Shown piece by piece: positions 10,150-19,235 of a stretch of DNA of 64,000 bases. Source of the stretch: Staphylococcus phage Machias. The position numbers and the translations under genes are program-made. The notes below the pieces were generated by a model. It worked only from the letters and a program-made list of their open reading frames with translations, searched no databases and was not told the DNA's origin. Location of the stretch: sequence record MW349128.1. The stretch is one strand, 5' to 3'. Within the stretch, counting starts at the first letter, position 1; each line of letters begins with the position of its first letter.

Positions 10150-10608
10150 ATGCTGAAAGTTACTAAATTAAAAGAATTAGAATACCCTAAAGAAGTTACA
10201 ATTGAGTTAAATACAGAAGATAAATACTTAAAAGAGATTAAAGATGCTTTTTTCAATTCAGAAAAAGGTACTTTTTCTATTACTAAATTAATTAATGAAA
10301 ATGTTGAAGATTATTTAAAATACTCAAAAGATGGTATTACATCTAAAGATATTTATAAATTAAATATTATTGTAGATAAAGAAGAAGATCAACAGATTAC
10401 TTTAATTAAAGCTGAAGAAAATAATCAATTCAAAGAAGGTTTATTCTATGTTGTTTCTGATATTTTATTCGGTCCTATGCCTGTATATGTTAATTTAGAA
10501 GATGAAAATGCTACATTTGATCTTTCAGGAATGTTTAAAGCTGATGGACCTGATATCTTTGAAACAATTAGCAACGTATTTTCTTCTACAATTGAAATTA
10601 ATAAATAA
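10150..10608 (+). CDS. hypothetical protein (152 aa)
   Basis: RBS ATGGAGAAT; no motifs. Confidence 0.5.
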   Translation: MLKVTKLKELEYPKEVTIELNTEDKYLKEIKDAFFNSEKGTFSITKLINENVEDYLKYSKDGITSKDIYKLNIIVDKEEDQQITLIKAEENNQFKEGLFYVVSDILFGPMPVYVNLEDENATFDLSGMFKADGPDIFETISNVFSSTIEINK

Positions 10609-10616
10609 GAAAGTAG

Positions 10617-12173
10617 TTGAAAATTATGGTAGTTTTAAATAAAACAAGAAAAATAAAAGTGTCGGTTTATCCGACACGAATTCTTGTTGAAAATTATGAA
10701 CTAGGATATTGTTCAGCAATAGAGAAATATCTATCTGTATGGGATAAAATATACTTTAAACATACGTATAAAGCTTTCGTATATAATGAAGAAGAGAAAA
10801 CTATATCGTTTCCTGCTGGAATAAATATGAAGATACTAATTCAGTCATTACAAAATCATGGAGAAGTAGATTTTCAAGATTTTAGAAAAGTAGACAATTT
10901 ATATTTTAAACCTAAAAAGAATTATGATGTAGAAATGAATTTTAAACCAAGAGATTTATTACAAAAGAAATCTATTGAATTCTTAAACGCTTTTAGTATA
11001 TATGAAGCTTCAACTCAGAAATTTTTATCACTTAAAACTGGTGAAGGTAAAACTTTTTGTGCTTTAAAAAGTGTTATTGATCGTCAGTTAGTTCCTATGA
11101 TATTTGTCAATAATAATAAACTTAAAGAACAATGGTTTGATAAGATTAAAGAATATACCAATATTGATGATGAAAGAATATATATTATTCAAGGTAAATC
11201 AAGTATTAATAAATTATTTAAAATGAAGTCTGATGAACGTAATAAAATAGATTTCTATATAGTTATGTATAAGACATTAAATTCATTTATAGAAGACGAC
11301 ATTGAAAAACTACAAGAACTAATATTTAAAACTAAAGTATCTATTAAGATATTTGATGAAGCACATTTAGACTTTAGAAGTTTAACAAATATAGATATAC
11401 AAACAGATTTACCGTCTATATATCTCTCTGCAACTCCTGAAAGATCTGATAAATCAGAGAACTTTGTATTTAATAATATATTCTTAAATGTTCCTATATT
11501 TAGATCTGACAATTATGATAAACAAATAGCTTCTAATAGAAAGATACCATCTAAATATCATGATGTGTTCATTATACGCTACAATAGTGAACCTAGTGAA
11601 ACAGAGCTAGCAGATTTTGTTTCAGCATCAAGAAGAAATGGTCTTAATGTAAATCATTACAGTAAATATCTTATAGATAAAGATGAGAGAAAAGATAAAT
11701 ATTTTGATATGATATTTAATATCATTAATGAAGTTATTATGAAAAAAGAAATAAGAAAAACTGTCGTTATGTTTAAATTGAAAAATATGATAGATGAGTT
11801 TTATTACTATTTAGAAGAAAAATTAGGTAAAGAAGGATTAGAATTTCTAAACTGTATTCGCTACTATGATGGAATTGATAAAGAAGAAAAATCTAAAGTA
11901 TTAGAATCTAATCTAATAATTACTACAGATTTATCTTTAGGAACAGGTATAGACATACCTGATCTCAAAGCTGTCATTAATACAGTTCCATTATCTTCTG
12001 AAAGTAAAGTTATACAGATAATGGGAAGATTACGCTATATTGAAAATGAAAAATTGATGTATTTTGATTTTGTCGATCATGGTTTTAAAAAACTAGTAAC
12101 GCAAGCTAATAATAGATTAAAAAATGTATTTAAGAAAAAAGCTTTAAACGTTACTGATTTTAAGTTAAAATAA
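10617..12173 (+). CDS. SF2 DEAD/DEAH-box helicase
   Basis: Motif I LKTGEGKTF, motif II IFDEAHL, motif III SATPER, motif VI QIMGRLRY. The alternative ATG at 10626 is equally plausible. Confidence 0.7.
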   Translation: MKIMVVLNKTRKIKVSVYPTRILVENYELGYCSAIEKYLSVWDKIYFKHTYKAFVYNEEEKTISFPAGINMKILIQSLQNHGEVDFQDFRKVDNLYFKPKKNYDVEMNFKPRDLLQKKSIEFLNAFSIYEASTQKFLSLKTGEGKTFCALKSVIDRQLVPMIFVNNNKLKEQWFDKIKEYTNIDDERIYIIQGKSSINKLFKMKSDERNKIDFYIVMYKTLNSFIEDDIEKLQELIFKTKVSIKIFDEAHLDFRSLTNIDIQTDLPSIYLSATPERSDKSENFVFNNIFLNVPIFRSDNYDKQIASNRKIPSKYHDVFIIRYNSEPSETELADFVSASRRNGLNVNHYSKYLIDKDERKDKYFDMIFNIINEVIMKKEIRKTVVMFKLKNMIDEFYYYLEEKLGKEGLEFLNCIRYYDGIDKEEKSKVLESNLIITTDLSLGTGIDIPDLKAVINTVPLSSESKVIQIMGRLRYIENEKLMYFDFVDHGFKKLVTQANNRLKNVFKKKALNVTDFKLK

Positions 12174-12193
12174 AGAAAGGTAGTTGAGGTATT

Positions 12194-12907
12194 GTGACAC
12201 GTATATCTCGTAAAGAGGCAATTGATAATTATCAATACCTCAACGAATTATTTATAAATGTAAGAAGAGATATTAATAAATTTCTATCAGATGAGATATT
12301 TAAAATTAATCATACTAGTTTTAAATCATCTATTATTAAAAATATTAAATCTAATTTTGATATAGTTGAAAATAAGAATAATATATCCCTTTTAATCTTA
12401 AACAAATTTATTGAATTTGATATTTACGAAGGTATTATATTCTTATATGACTTAGAAGAGAATATTGAATTTTTAAAAGAATCAATTAATAATCAAATAA
12501 ATATATTAGAAAATAAAATAGACACTAGAAAAAATACTATCGAAATTATGAATAGAAATAATAAAAAATATAATAGAGAATTAGAAGATAAGAATAATGA
12601 ATTAATTGAAAAAATTAAACTAGGTTCTTTATCTAATGCATTATTAAATCTAGTAGGTATGGATAATTCATTTAAAATTAAAAAAGAAATAAATGAATTA
12701 AAAGAGAGAATCTATAGTAATGAAGAGTTATTAGATAAGAATAATAAAGAATTAAACTCACTTCAAAAAGAAAAAGATACAATTAGTAAATATGACTTCA
12801 GATTTGCTAATAAAGATTTCATTATCAATAAGATAAATGGTTTCTTACAGTATTTTAGAAATGAATATGGTTTTGAATTTTACATTAAATATGAAGGTAG
12901 GTTATAA
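12194..12907 (+). CDS. hypothetical coiled-coil protein (237 aa), GTG start
   Basis: Heptad-rich K/E/N sequence; no enzymatic motifs. Confidence 0.45.
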   Translation: MTRISRKEAIDNYQYLNELFINVRRDINKFLSDEIFKINHTSFKSSIIKNIKSNFDIVENKNNISLLILNKFIEFDIYEGIIFLYDLEENIEFLKESINNQINILENKIDTRKNTIEIMNRNNKKYNRELEDKNNELIEKIKLGSLSNALLNLVGMDNSFKIKKEINELKERIYSNEELLDKNNKELNSLQKEKDTISKYDFRFANKDFIINKINGFLQYFRNEYGFEFYIKYEGRL

Positions 12908-12909
12908 GA

Positions 12910-13515
12910 TTGATAGAATTTGAAGAAAAATTGCCAGCGTTAAATATAATAGTTTCTGCAGTAACTACTTCACCTAAAACTAATACTGAATTTATCAATA
13001 TGACATTTATGGTAGATAGTCCTAAATTTAAAGACTTGTATTTAGAATTCTCAGATATAGATCTAAATGAAGTATTTAAAAATGAAATGCTTAAGGATGC
13101 ATATGAAAAAGGTCAATTGTCTGAATATACTAAGATTGATAAAACGTTAGATGATTATAACTTGAGATTAATTAAAGATGATACAGTTATTCAAGTTCAA
13201 CGTATTAGAGATTATTTTGAAGGTCTTTCTGAATATGCAGATAAATTAGTTTTCTGGATAGATGAAATAACTTTATGGAGTCAATTAATTGAATTGGTAT
13301 ACGGTGGATCTTCAGATAACACTTATGAATTTCCTTCATATATTGATTTCCAACCTATTGATGTGAAATCAGTAGTAAGAATGTCTAGTATTAAAGATGG
13401 TGATTATTCTTATGCAGAAGAATTAATGGGAACAAATGAATCTATGACTGATTCCTCATTATCAATTGCATCATTATTATTGTCATTCATTAAGAAAGCA
13501 AAAATTTTAGATTAA
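12910..13515 (+). CDS. hypothetical protein (201 aa)
   Basis: Translationally coupled to the upstream ORF; no motifs. Confidence 0.45.
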   Translation: MIEFEEKLPALNIIVSAVTTSPKTNTEFINMTFMVDSPKFKDLYLEFSDIDLNEVFKNEMLKDAYEKGQLSEYTKIDKTLDDYNLRLIKDDTVIQVQRIRDYFEGLSEYADKLVFWIDEITLWSQLIELVYGGSSDNTYEFPSYIDFQPIDVKSVVRMSSIKDGDYSYAEELMGTNESMTDSSLSIASLLLSFIKKAKILD

Positions 13516-13517
13516 AA

Positions 13518-13540
13518 ATTTAAATATATATTATATAAAA
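13518..13540 (+). promoter_or_regulatory. early-type promoter-like motif TTTAAATATATATTATATAAAA
   Basis: Best copy of the recurring 20-mer family; 41 nt upstream of the 13581 start. Confidence 0.45.
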
Positions 13541-13580
13541 GTAGTAATACAAAAATTATTTTATTAGGAGAGATTTTATT

Positions 13581-14786
13581 ATGTTAACAAATTTCAAAGA
13601 CCATCTATACCGAGGACAAAATGTTTCAGTTTCAATTTACACACTATTTGCTAGAAAGAATAAAAACACTGGTAATGCTATTAATGGTGAATATATCAAT
13701 ACTTATAAATCAAGTCAATATAACAATATTCCATTTTTAAGTGAAATTGAAAATAACGGTAATCATTATATTTCATTCTCTTACAGTAAATTTCAACAAG
13801 GTCAAGCACCTATCTCAGAGGATGTATTAATTAGTTATCCACATTTACAAGAATTTAATAATTTCTTAAAAGCTACTTACAAGAGTATTGGTGAAAACTT
13901 TAATAGTATTTTCCAAAATAATCAAGTAACTGCTGAGTATCAAAATCATATTTGGCAATCACCTAGTTTAGTTTCAGGTAAAGGTATTGCTTTCGCTCCA
14001 ACTACAATTGTTAATAAACGTACTAATTCAACTGAAATTGGTTTTGCTATTATTGTAAATGATAATAATAAATATGATTTCATTTCAGCAAATGCTTTTA
14101 TTAGTTTAGTTAATTTATTAGTTAGAATTACTAATGATCCTTTAACATTTAGAAATCAATGTGTACAAGCTGAAATGCAAGCTAAAGAAATTGAGAATAA
14201 TCAATTACTTAAAGGATTATTAAGAGCACAAGGTTTACCAACTGATATGTCTAATCACCATATGGATGAGAAAGCTTCATACAATAATGCTCCAAGACAA
14301 CAAAATAACTCAGGTGGATTTAATCAACAAAATAATGGTTTTGGAAATTTCGGTAACAATAATGGAGGATTCAATCAACAACAGAATAATGCTCCTCAAC
14401 AATCAAATAACCAATTTGGTAATTTTAATCAACCTCAACAACAGCAACAATCAAATCCAAATCCTTTCGGTAATGTAAATAATACACCACAAAATCAACA
14501 ACAAAGTACTCCGGAAAATCCTTTTGGTGCAGTGGATAATATTTCTGATGACGATTTACCTTTTGCTGATAAAACAGAAACTAACAATCAACAAGATGAT
14601 AGACAAATTGATAAATCTACAATGTTTAAAGATGCAGATGTTAATAAAGAATCTGGATCTATGGAAGACTTATCAAATAATGTAAATGAAGAAAATGGTG
14701 AAGATCAAGGTAGATCACAATCATTATTAGATAAATTTACAAGTAAAAGTAAAGAATTAGATAAAGATGACGATTTAGGAATTTAA
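13581..14786 (+). CDS. hypothetical protein with Q/N/G-rich prion-like linker and SSB-like acidic DDDLPF motif
   Basis: About 230 aa of ordered N-terminus, then NNSGGFNQQNNGFGNFGNNNGGFNQQQNNAPQQSNNQFGNFNQPQQQQQSNPNPFGN, then ISDDDLPFADK, with C-terminal ...DKDDDLGI. Confidence 0.5.
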   Translation: MLTNFKDHLYRGQNVSVSIYTLFARKNKNTGNAINGEYINTYKSSQYNNIPFLSEIENNGNHYISFSYSKFQQGQAPISEDVLISYPHLQEFNNFLKATYKSIGENFNSIFQNNQVTAEYQNHIWQSPSLVSGKGIAFAPTTIVNKRTNSTEIGFAIIVNDNNKYDFISANAFISLVNLLVRITNDPLTFRNQCVQAEMQAKEIENNQLLKGLLRAQGLPTDMSNHHMDEKASYNNAPRQQNNSGGFNQQNNGFGNFGNNNGGFNQQQNNAPQQSNNQFGNFNQPQQQQQSNPNPFGNVNNTPQNQQQSTPENPFGAVDNISDDDLPFADKTETNNQQDDRQIDKSTMFKDADVNKESGSMEDLSNNVNEENGEDQGRSQSLLDKFTSKSKELDKDDDLGI

Positions 14787-14793
14787 TAAATAA

Positions 14794-14823
14794 GGTATAA
14801 TGTGATTAATTTCACATTATACC
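14794..14823 (+). terminator. terminator hairpin GGTATAATGTGA/TCACATTATACC
   Basis: 12-bp perfect inverted repeat plus an AT run. Confidence 0.45.
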
Positions 14824-14866
14824 AATATTATATTTATTTTTTATATACTGTAAGGAGATTATGTAA

Positions 14867-15715
14867 ATGAAAAACAATAGAGACGTTTCAGATGAATTAG
14901 AAAGAATTATATCTAATGTAGACGAAGTTGATGTTAAATCAGTATTTAAAGATGTCAGATATACTGAATTAAATGATGAAATGGAAGATCAAGAAGAGCA
15001 ATCAAATTCTTCAAAATATCATGGTAGTATACAAGGAATTGTTACTAAAGAAGAATATGATAAATTACCTTATTTAGGTAAAAAGGTAATCCAATTTATG
15101 GAAAATATTGTAGGCGATAAAGAAGGAATGACTTTCGAAGAATATTTTGAAAGATATGCTAAAGTATATGGTGAAGGTGAAATCGATTCATTTAAAAACA
15201 CTATGTATAGATTAAAGAGTAGTAAAGTATTTACTATACATTCATTAATTAGTATTTGTGAAGTAATCGGATATAAAGTTTCATTAGTTTCAGAAGAATT
15301 TAAAGATAAAGATGAATTAACTTTATATAATCCTAAAAGAAAAACTAAGACATCTAAATTTTCAGGTAAACTAGGATTTAAATTAATGCCGGATGTTTTA
15401 TATGAAGAATATATATTAGAATTTGTGGATTTCTTAGAAATATTAGGTAATGAAGGTTATACATTTGAAATGTTATTTGGTGAGCTAGAAAAGAATTCAG
15501 ATGAAGTTAATGTAGTAAGTAAATTAAAATCATCTTTAGATAAAATGATCAAACAAGGAAAATTAACTTGGAAGACTATGGAAACAGTCATCAATTCTTT
15601 AGGAATGAATTTAAAAATAGAATTCATTAAAGAAACAATAGATACAGATGAGATAAATAAAATGGATGCAAGTAATAAAATAGAACTTTCTGATGATGAT
15701 ATTATTAGAGGTTAA
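14867..15715 (+). CDS. hypothetical protein (282 aa)
   Basis: RBS TAAGGAGAT; no motifs. Confidence 0.5.
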   Translation: MKNNRDVSDELERIISNVDEVDVKSVFKDVRYTELNDEMEDQEEQSNSSKYHGSIQGIVTKEEYDKLPYLGKKVIQFMENIVGDKEGMTFEEYFERYAKVYGEGEIDSFKNTMYRLKSSKVFTIHSLISICEVIGYKVSLVSEEFKDKDELTLYNPKRKTKTSKFSGKLGFKLMPDVLYEEYILEFVDFLEILGNEGYTFEMLFGELEKNSDEVNVVSKLKSSLDKMIKQGKLTWKTMETVINSLGMNLKIEFIKETIDTDEINKMDASNKIELSDDDIIRG

Positions 15716-15723
15716 AAATATAA

Positions 15724-15755
15724 TCCCCAATACCTATTAATTTAGGTATTGGGGA
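15724..15755. terminator. bidirectional terminator, conserved hairpin family (TCCCCAATACCT...AGGTATTGGGGA)
   Basis: Between convergent genes (15715 end on plus, 15773 end on minus); T-runs on both sides. Confidence 0.6.
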
Positions 15756-15772
15756 AATTTTATTATTTTTTT

Positions 15773-17692
15773 TTATTCTAAAGATCCTTCATCAGTTGAC
15801 TCTGGAGATTCTTCTACTTGTGATGTAGAAATATTAACATTAATATCTTTACTTACACTATCAGAAACAACTTTAACTTTAGAAGTTCCTTCAGCTTTAG
15901 CAGTTACAAGACCGTTATTGTCAACTGAAGCAAATTCAGATCCTTCAGTAATAGAGTAACTTACAGGGTTTCCTTTAGGATCTGTAGTTACTGTTAATTG
16001 TTGAGTTTCATTATCTTTCATATCAACACTATCAGGAGTAACTGTTAGACTTTTAGTCTTTACTCTAGTTACATTAACGCTAACTGTCTTACTTACACTA
16101 TCAGAAACAACCTTAACTTTAGCAGTTCCTACAGCTTTAGCAGTTACAAGACCACTACTATTAACTGAAGCAAATTCAGATCCTTCAGTAATAGAATAGT
16201 TTACAGGGTTTCCTTTAGGATCTGTAGTTACTGTTAATTTTTGAGTTGATTCTGCATCTATGTTAATTGTTTGTGGATTAACATTTATGCTTTTAGTCTT
16301 TACTCTAGTTACATTAACATTAACTGTCTTACTAATAGAATCAGAACTTACTTTAATTTTAGCAGTTCCTACAGCTTTAGCAGTTACAAGACCGTTATTG
16401 TCAACTGAAACGTATTCAGAGCCTTCAGTAATAGAATAATTTACAGTATTTGTAGATGGTTGAATTTTAACGTCTAACTGTTGATATGATTCTGCATCTA
16501 TGTTAACTTCTTCTGGAGTAACAGTTAGACTTTTAGTCTTTAAACGACTTACATTAACCTTTACATCTTTAGAAACATTATCTGATTTAACTGTAACAGT
16601 TGCAGTTCCTTCAGAAATACCAGTAATATTTCCTTTATTATCTAATGAAGCAAATTCAGAACCGTCTTTTAATTCAAAGCTTACTTTTCTTCCTTCAGGT
16701 TCAGTAGTAACTTCTAATTGTTGAGTTCCTTCAGCTTCAATATTAACTGTTTCTGGAGTAACATTTATACTTTTAGTTTGATTAATGCTTTCAAATTTTC
16801 CATCTTTAGGATTATAAACAGAATATTCAAGTTTTTTATCAATTTCTTTTTGTGCAGTTTCTTCACTTAAAATACGTACATTAAAGTTAATGATATTGTC
16901 TTGAATGTTTCTTTCAATAACTTTAACAACTATTTTTCCTTCTTTACTATAGAAGAATAAGCGATTTTTATTACGTTCAAATTTAGCAAAGCTAGTATCA
17001 CTAACTTCAACTGATAATAATTGTAATAAATTCTCTTTACTTATAGGAGTTACTTCTTTAGAATCAAAGTCTTTATATCCTACAATTTTCTCTAAAGGTA
17101 ATACAGATTCTTTATATACATTAATATCTTGTTGTAATTGAACAAGACGACCTGTAATTTTACCATATTCTTTTACTTGAATAAATACTTCATCATGTAC
17201 TCTTTCAAAAAGATCTTTATGACCTTCAGAAATAGCAATGTCATAATTTTCATCTGCATCTTCAGGGAAGTATAATCTTAATTTGTATTCTTCATCAATT
17301 TCAAGATCAGAAGTAGGTATACTTAATATTTCATTTTTAATATCTTTAACATTATGTGTACTTACAACTGTTTTATCAGATAATTTGATTAAATCAAATT
17401 TAAGTAAACCAAATACATCACGAGCATCAACAGGATTTACATAGAAAGGAACATTAATAAATTTATCTTGTTCTCCTTCAGTTTTGAAATAAATAGTACG
17501 TCTATCATATTTAATTTTTCCAGTTTCAGGTAAAGGTGTAACATCAGTAATAGTCCAACCAGCTTGTTTTAAACTAGCTAAATCACTACCAGAAAGAATA
17601 ACATTTTCTCTAGGACCGTATTCTTTATAACCTAAAAATGGAATTATTTTTTCGTCTAATACTTTCACTTTATAAAAGTTAGTAGTTGCCAT
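15773..17692 (-). CDS. virion-type protein with four tandem bacterial Ig-like (Big_2-like) domains
   Basis: Four repeats of about 85 aa, TVTPEEVNIDAESxQQLxVTTxPxxNxVxYSITEGSEFASVxxxGLVTAKAVGTAKxKVxSDSxSKTVxVNVT. Confidence 0.6.
   Translation of the reverse strand: MATTNFYKVKVLDEKIIPFLGYKEYGPRENVILSGSDLASLKQAGWTITDVTPLPETGKIKYDRRTIYFKTEGEQDKFINVPFYVNPVDARDVFGLLKFDLIKLSDKTVVSTHNVKDIKNEILSIPTSDLEIDEEYKLRLYFPEDADENYDIAISEGHKDLFERVHDEVFIQVKEYGKITGRLVQLQQDINVYKESVLPLEKIVGYKDFDSKEVTPISKENLLQLLSVEVSDTSFAKFERNKNRLFFYSKEGKIVVKVIERNIQDNIINFNVRILSEETAQKEIDKKLEYSVYNPKDGKFESINQTKSINVTPETVNIEAEGTQQLEVTTEPEGRKVSFELKDGSEFASLDNKGNITGISEGTATVTVKSDNVSKDVKVNVSRLKTKSLTVTPEEVNIDAESYQQLDVKIQPSTNTVNYSITEGSEYVSVDNNGLVTAKAVGTAKIKVSSDSISKTVNVNVTRVKTKSINVNPQTINIDAESTQKLTVTTDPKGNPVNYSITEGSEFASVNSSGLVTAKAVGTAKVKVVSDSVSKTVSVNVTRVKTKSLTVTPDSVDMKDNETQQLTVTTDPKGNPVSYSITEGSEFASVDNNGLVTAKAEGTSKVKVVSDSVSKDINVNISTSQVEESPESTDEGSLE
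15830..16780. repeat. tandem repeats of about 255 bp (encode the Ig-like repeats)
   Basis: Near-identical stretches, e.g. CTTACTTACACTATCAGAAACAAC(T/C)TTAACTTTAG... recurring with about 255 bp period. Confidence 0.5.
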
Positions 17693-17712
17693 TATCAGTT
17701 AAACTTCCTTTC

Positions 17713-18237
17713 TTATTTTGAGTTTTCTTTTAATAATTCAATTAAATCTTTTTTACGTGCATTATTTGGATATTCAATGCCTTTTGAATCTAATTCATCT
17801 TTAAGTTCAGCAACAGTGAATTCATTTAAATCTTCTTCACTAATTTCTGATTCTTCTTTAGAATTATCTTCTTGAGGTTCATCTACTTTTTCATCAACTG
17901 ACTGTTCTTCATTACTTCCTTCAGAAACTTCGCTCTCTTCTTTGCTTTCTGAAGAGTCGCTTTCCTCATCTTTCTTTGTCTCAACTGTTGTATCATTATT
18001 TTCTTCAACATTGACTTCTTCATTCTTTTCAGCTTTTTCTTCTTTTTTATTATCTTTATCACTAGGATATTCATAATCTTCATCCACTACTGTTACTTGT
18101 AAACCTAAACGTCTATATAAACGAATTTGAGATCCTGTAGCAATAAATGGTTTAACAAAAGGTCCTTTACCTTTACCAGGAACAAATGCTTTTTCATTAA
18201 TAATAATGAAATTATTATCTTCATTGAAATTTAACAT
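17713..18237 (-). CDS. small acidic protein sharing an N-terminal PxKGxGPxxKPF module with the 22034..23188 fiber-like protein
   Basis: N-terminus FVPGKGKGPFVKPFIATGSQIRLYRRL...DEDYEYP matches YIPNKGMGPINKPFYVDKDILKLYDLM...TEYDYVD of the 22034..23188 ORF. Confidence 0.45.
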   Translation of the reverse strand: MLNFNEDNNFIIINEKAFVPGKGKGPFVKPFIATGSQIRLYRRLGLQVTVVDEDYEYPSDKDNKKEEKAEKNEEVNVEENNDTTVETKKDEESDSSESKEESEVSEGSNEEQSVDEKVDEPQEDNSKEESEISEEDLNEFTVAELKDELDSKGIEYPNNARKKDLIELLKENSK

Positions 18238-18287
18238 ATAATTTTCTTTCCTTTCATCTTTATTATTTTATTATATAAAAAAGTTAA

Positions 18288-18312
18288 AAAGGGATTTTAT
18301 AAAAATCCCTTT
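18288..18312 (-). terminator. terminator hairpin AAAGGGATTT/AAATCCCTTT
   Basis: Perfect 10-bp stem; T-run on the minus strand follows the stop of the CHAP hydrolase gene. Confidence 0.5.
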
Positions 18313-18322
18313 AAGAACTTAA

Positions 18323-19120
18323 TTAACTAAATGTACCCCATGCAGCACCAATACGTTGTCCTTTACCATTTGATTTACCAATTGGTACATAAACATATTG
18401 ACCTTTAAAGTTACCTGATACCCAAATATGTCCATCGAAATCTTGAATTTCATCATATTTAATAGTATCACCTTTCTTCATAAATGGACCTTGAGCCCAT
18501 CCAGTCCATGGACCATTTTTACGAGTAATAATTCCTGAAGAAACATTACATGTGAATTTAGCTTTTTCAGTTTTCCATAGAATACCTGCTGAGTTGCGTT
18601 TCCAAGTATTAGTTGTAGACGCTTTCTTAGGAGCTGCTTTCTTAACTACTTTTTTCTTAGGAGCCGCTTTCTTAGGAGTTGCTTTCTTAGTAGCTGTACT
18701 ACCAAAAGCTGGACGAATTACTCCCCAGAAACCTGTATAATCATGAAATACTTTAGCTGCCGGTGAACCGTTACTTCCTGCATTAAACCAGTTTTGGTCA
18801 ACTGAATAGAAGTTATTTAAGTTAGCTGAAGTAATAATACCTGTATGACCATAAACATCATAAGGTGCATAAGCCCAAATAGCAATATCACCAGGTTGAG
18901 GTAAGAATGATGGAGTATTTTTAATTAATTTCCATCCAGCTGGCATTGTGTTGTCTTTAAGATTAATTGCATTACCCCAAGGACGGAAAGAACCACCTGA
19001 GATGTAATTACAGTAACCTATAGTTAAATCCATACACTGAGCTCCATACCAACCATCAAAATCTAGTCTACGACCAATGCGGTTGTTAACCCAATCAAGA
19101 GCTTGAGTTTTTGTTTTCAT
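18323..19120 (-). CDS. peptidoglycan hydrolase, CHAP domain plus C-terminal SH3b (SH3_5) cell-wall binding domain
   Basis: CHAP Cys/His context (GWYGAQCMDL...YGHTGIIT); SH3b-like WKRNSAGILWKTEKAKF...GHIWVSG...YVYVPIG. Confidence 0.75.
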   Translation of the reverse strand: MKTKTQALDWVNNRIGRRLDFDGWYGAQCMDLTIGYCNYISGGSFRPWGNAINLKDNTMPAGWKLIKNTPSFLPQPGDIAIWAYAPYDVYGHTGIITSANLNNFYSVDQNWFNAGSNGSPAAKVFHDYTGFWGVIRPAFGSTATKKATPKKAAPKKKVVKKAAPKKASTTNTWKRNSAGILWKTEKAKFTCNVSSGIITRKNGPWTGWAQGPFMKKGDTIKYDEIQDFDGHIWVSGNFKGQYVYVPIGKSNGKGQRIGAAWGTFS

Positions 19121-19191
19121 ATAGAATTCAAATCCTTTCTTTATTCCATTTTATATATTTATAATAACCTGTTCTTCTATTAAAGAAATAA

Positions 19192-19220
19192 GTCCTAACG
19201 CTCTATATGAACGTTAGGAC
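19192..19220 (-). terminator. terminator hairpin GTCCTAACG/CGTTAGGAC
   Basis: 9-bp perfect stem downstream (minus sense) of the amidase gene stop. Confidence 0.4.
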
Positions 19221-19235
19221 AATTAAATTAATAAA

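Noticed and set aside
11255-11512. Short antisense or embedded ORFs from the track (11255..11512, 14266..14478, 16500..16724, 17883..18083, 18552..18740, 21772..21963, 22158..22379, 22785..23027, 25128..25325, 28488..28715, 32582..32827, 34394..34654, 41447..41731, 43048..43257, 43291..43608, 43910..44173, 44657..44884, 45160..45375, 46601..46795, 47742..47954, 49543..49746, 53583..53792, 53798..54088, 55043..55228, 56506..56721, 59770..59958)
   Set aside because: Each lies entirely inside a longer, better-supported ORF on the opposite strand or in another frame. They show low-complexity S/L/F/I-rich composition typical of antisense reading of AT-rich coding DNA, and none has an RBS.
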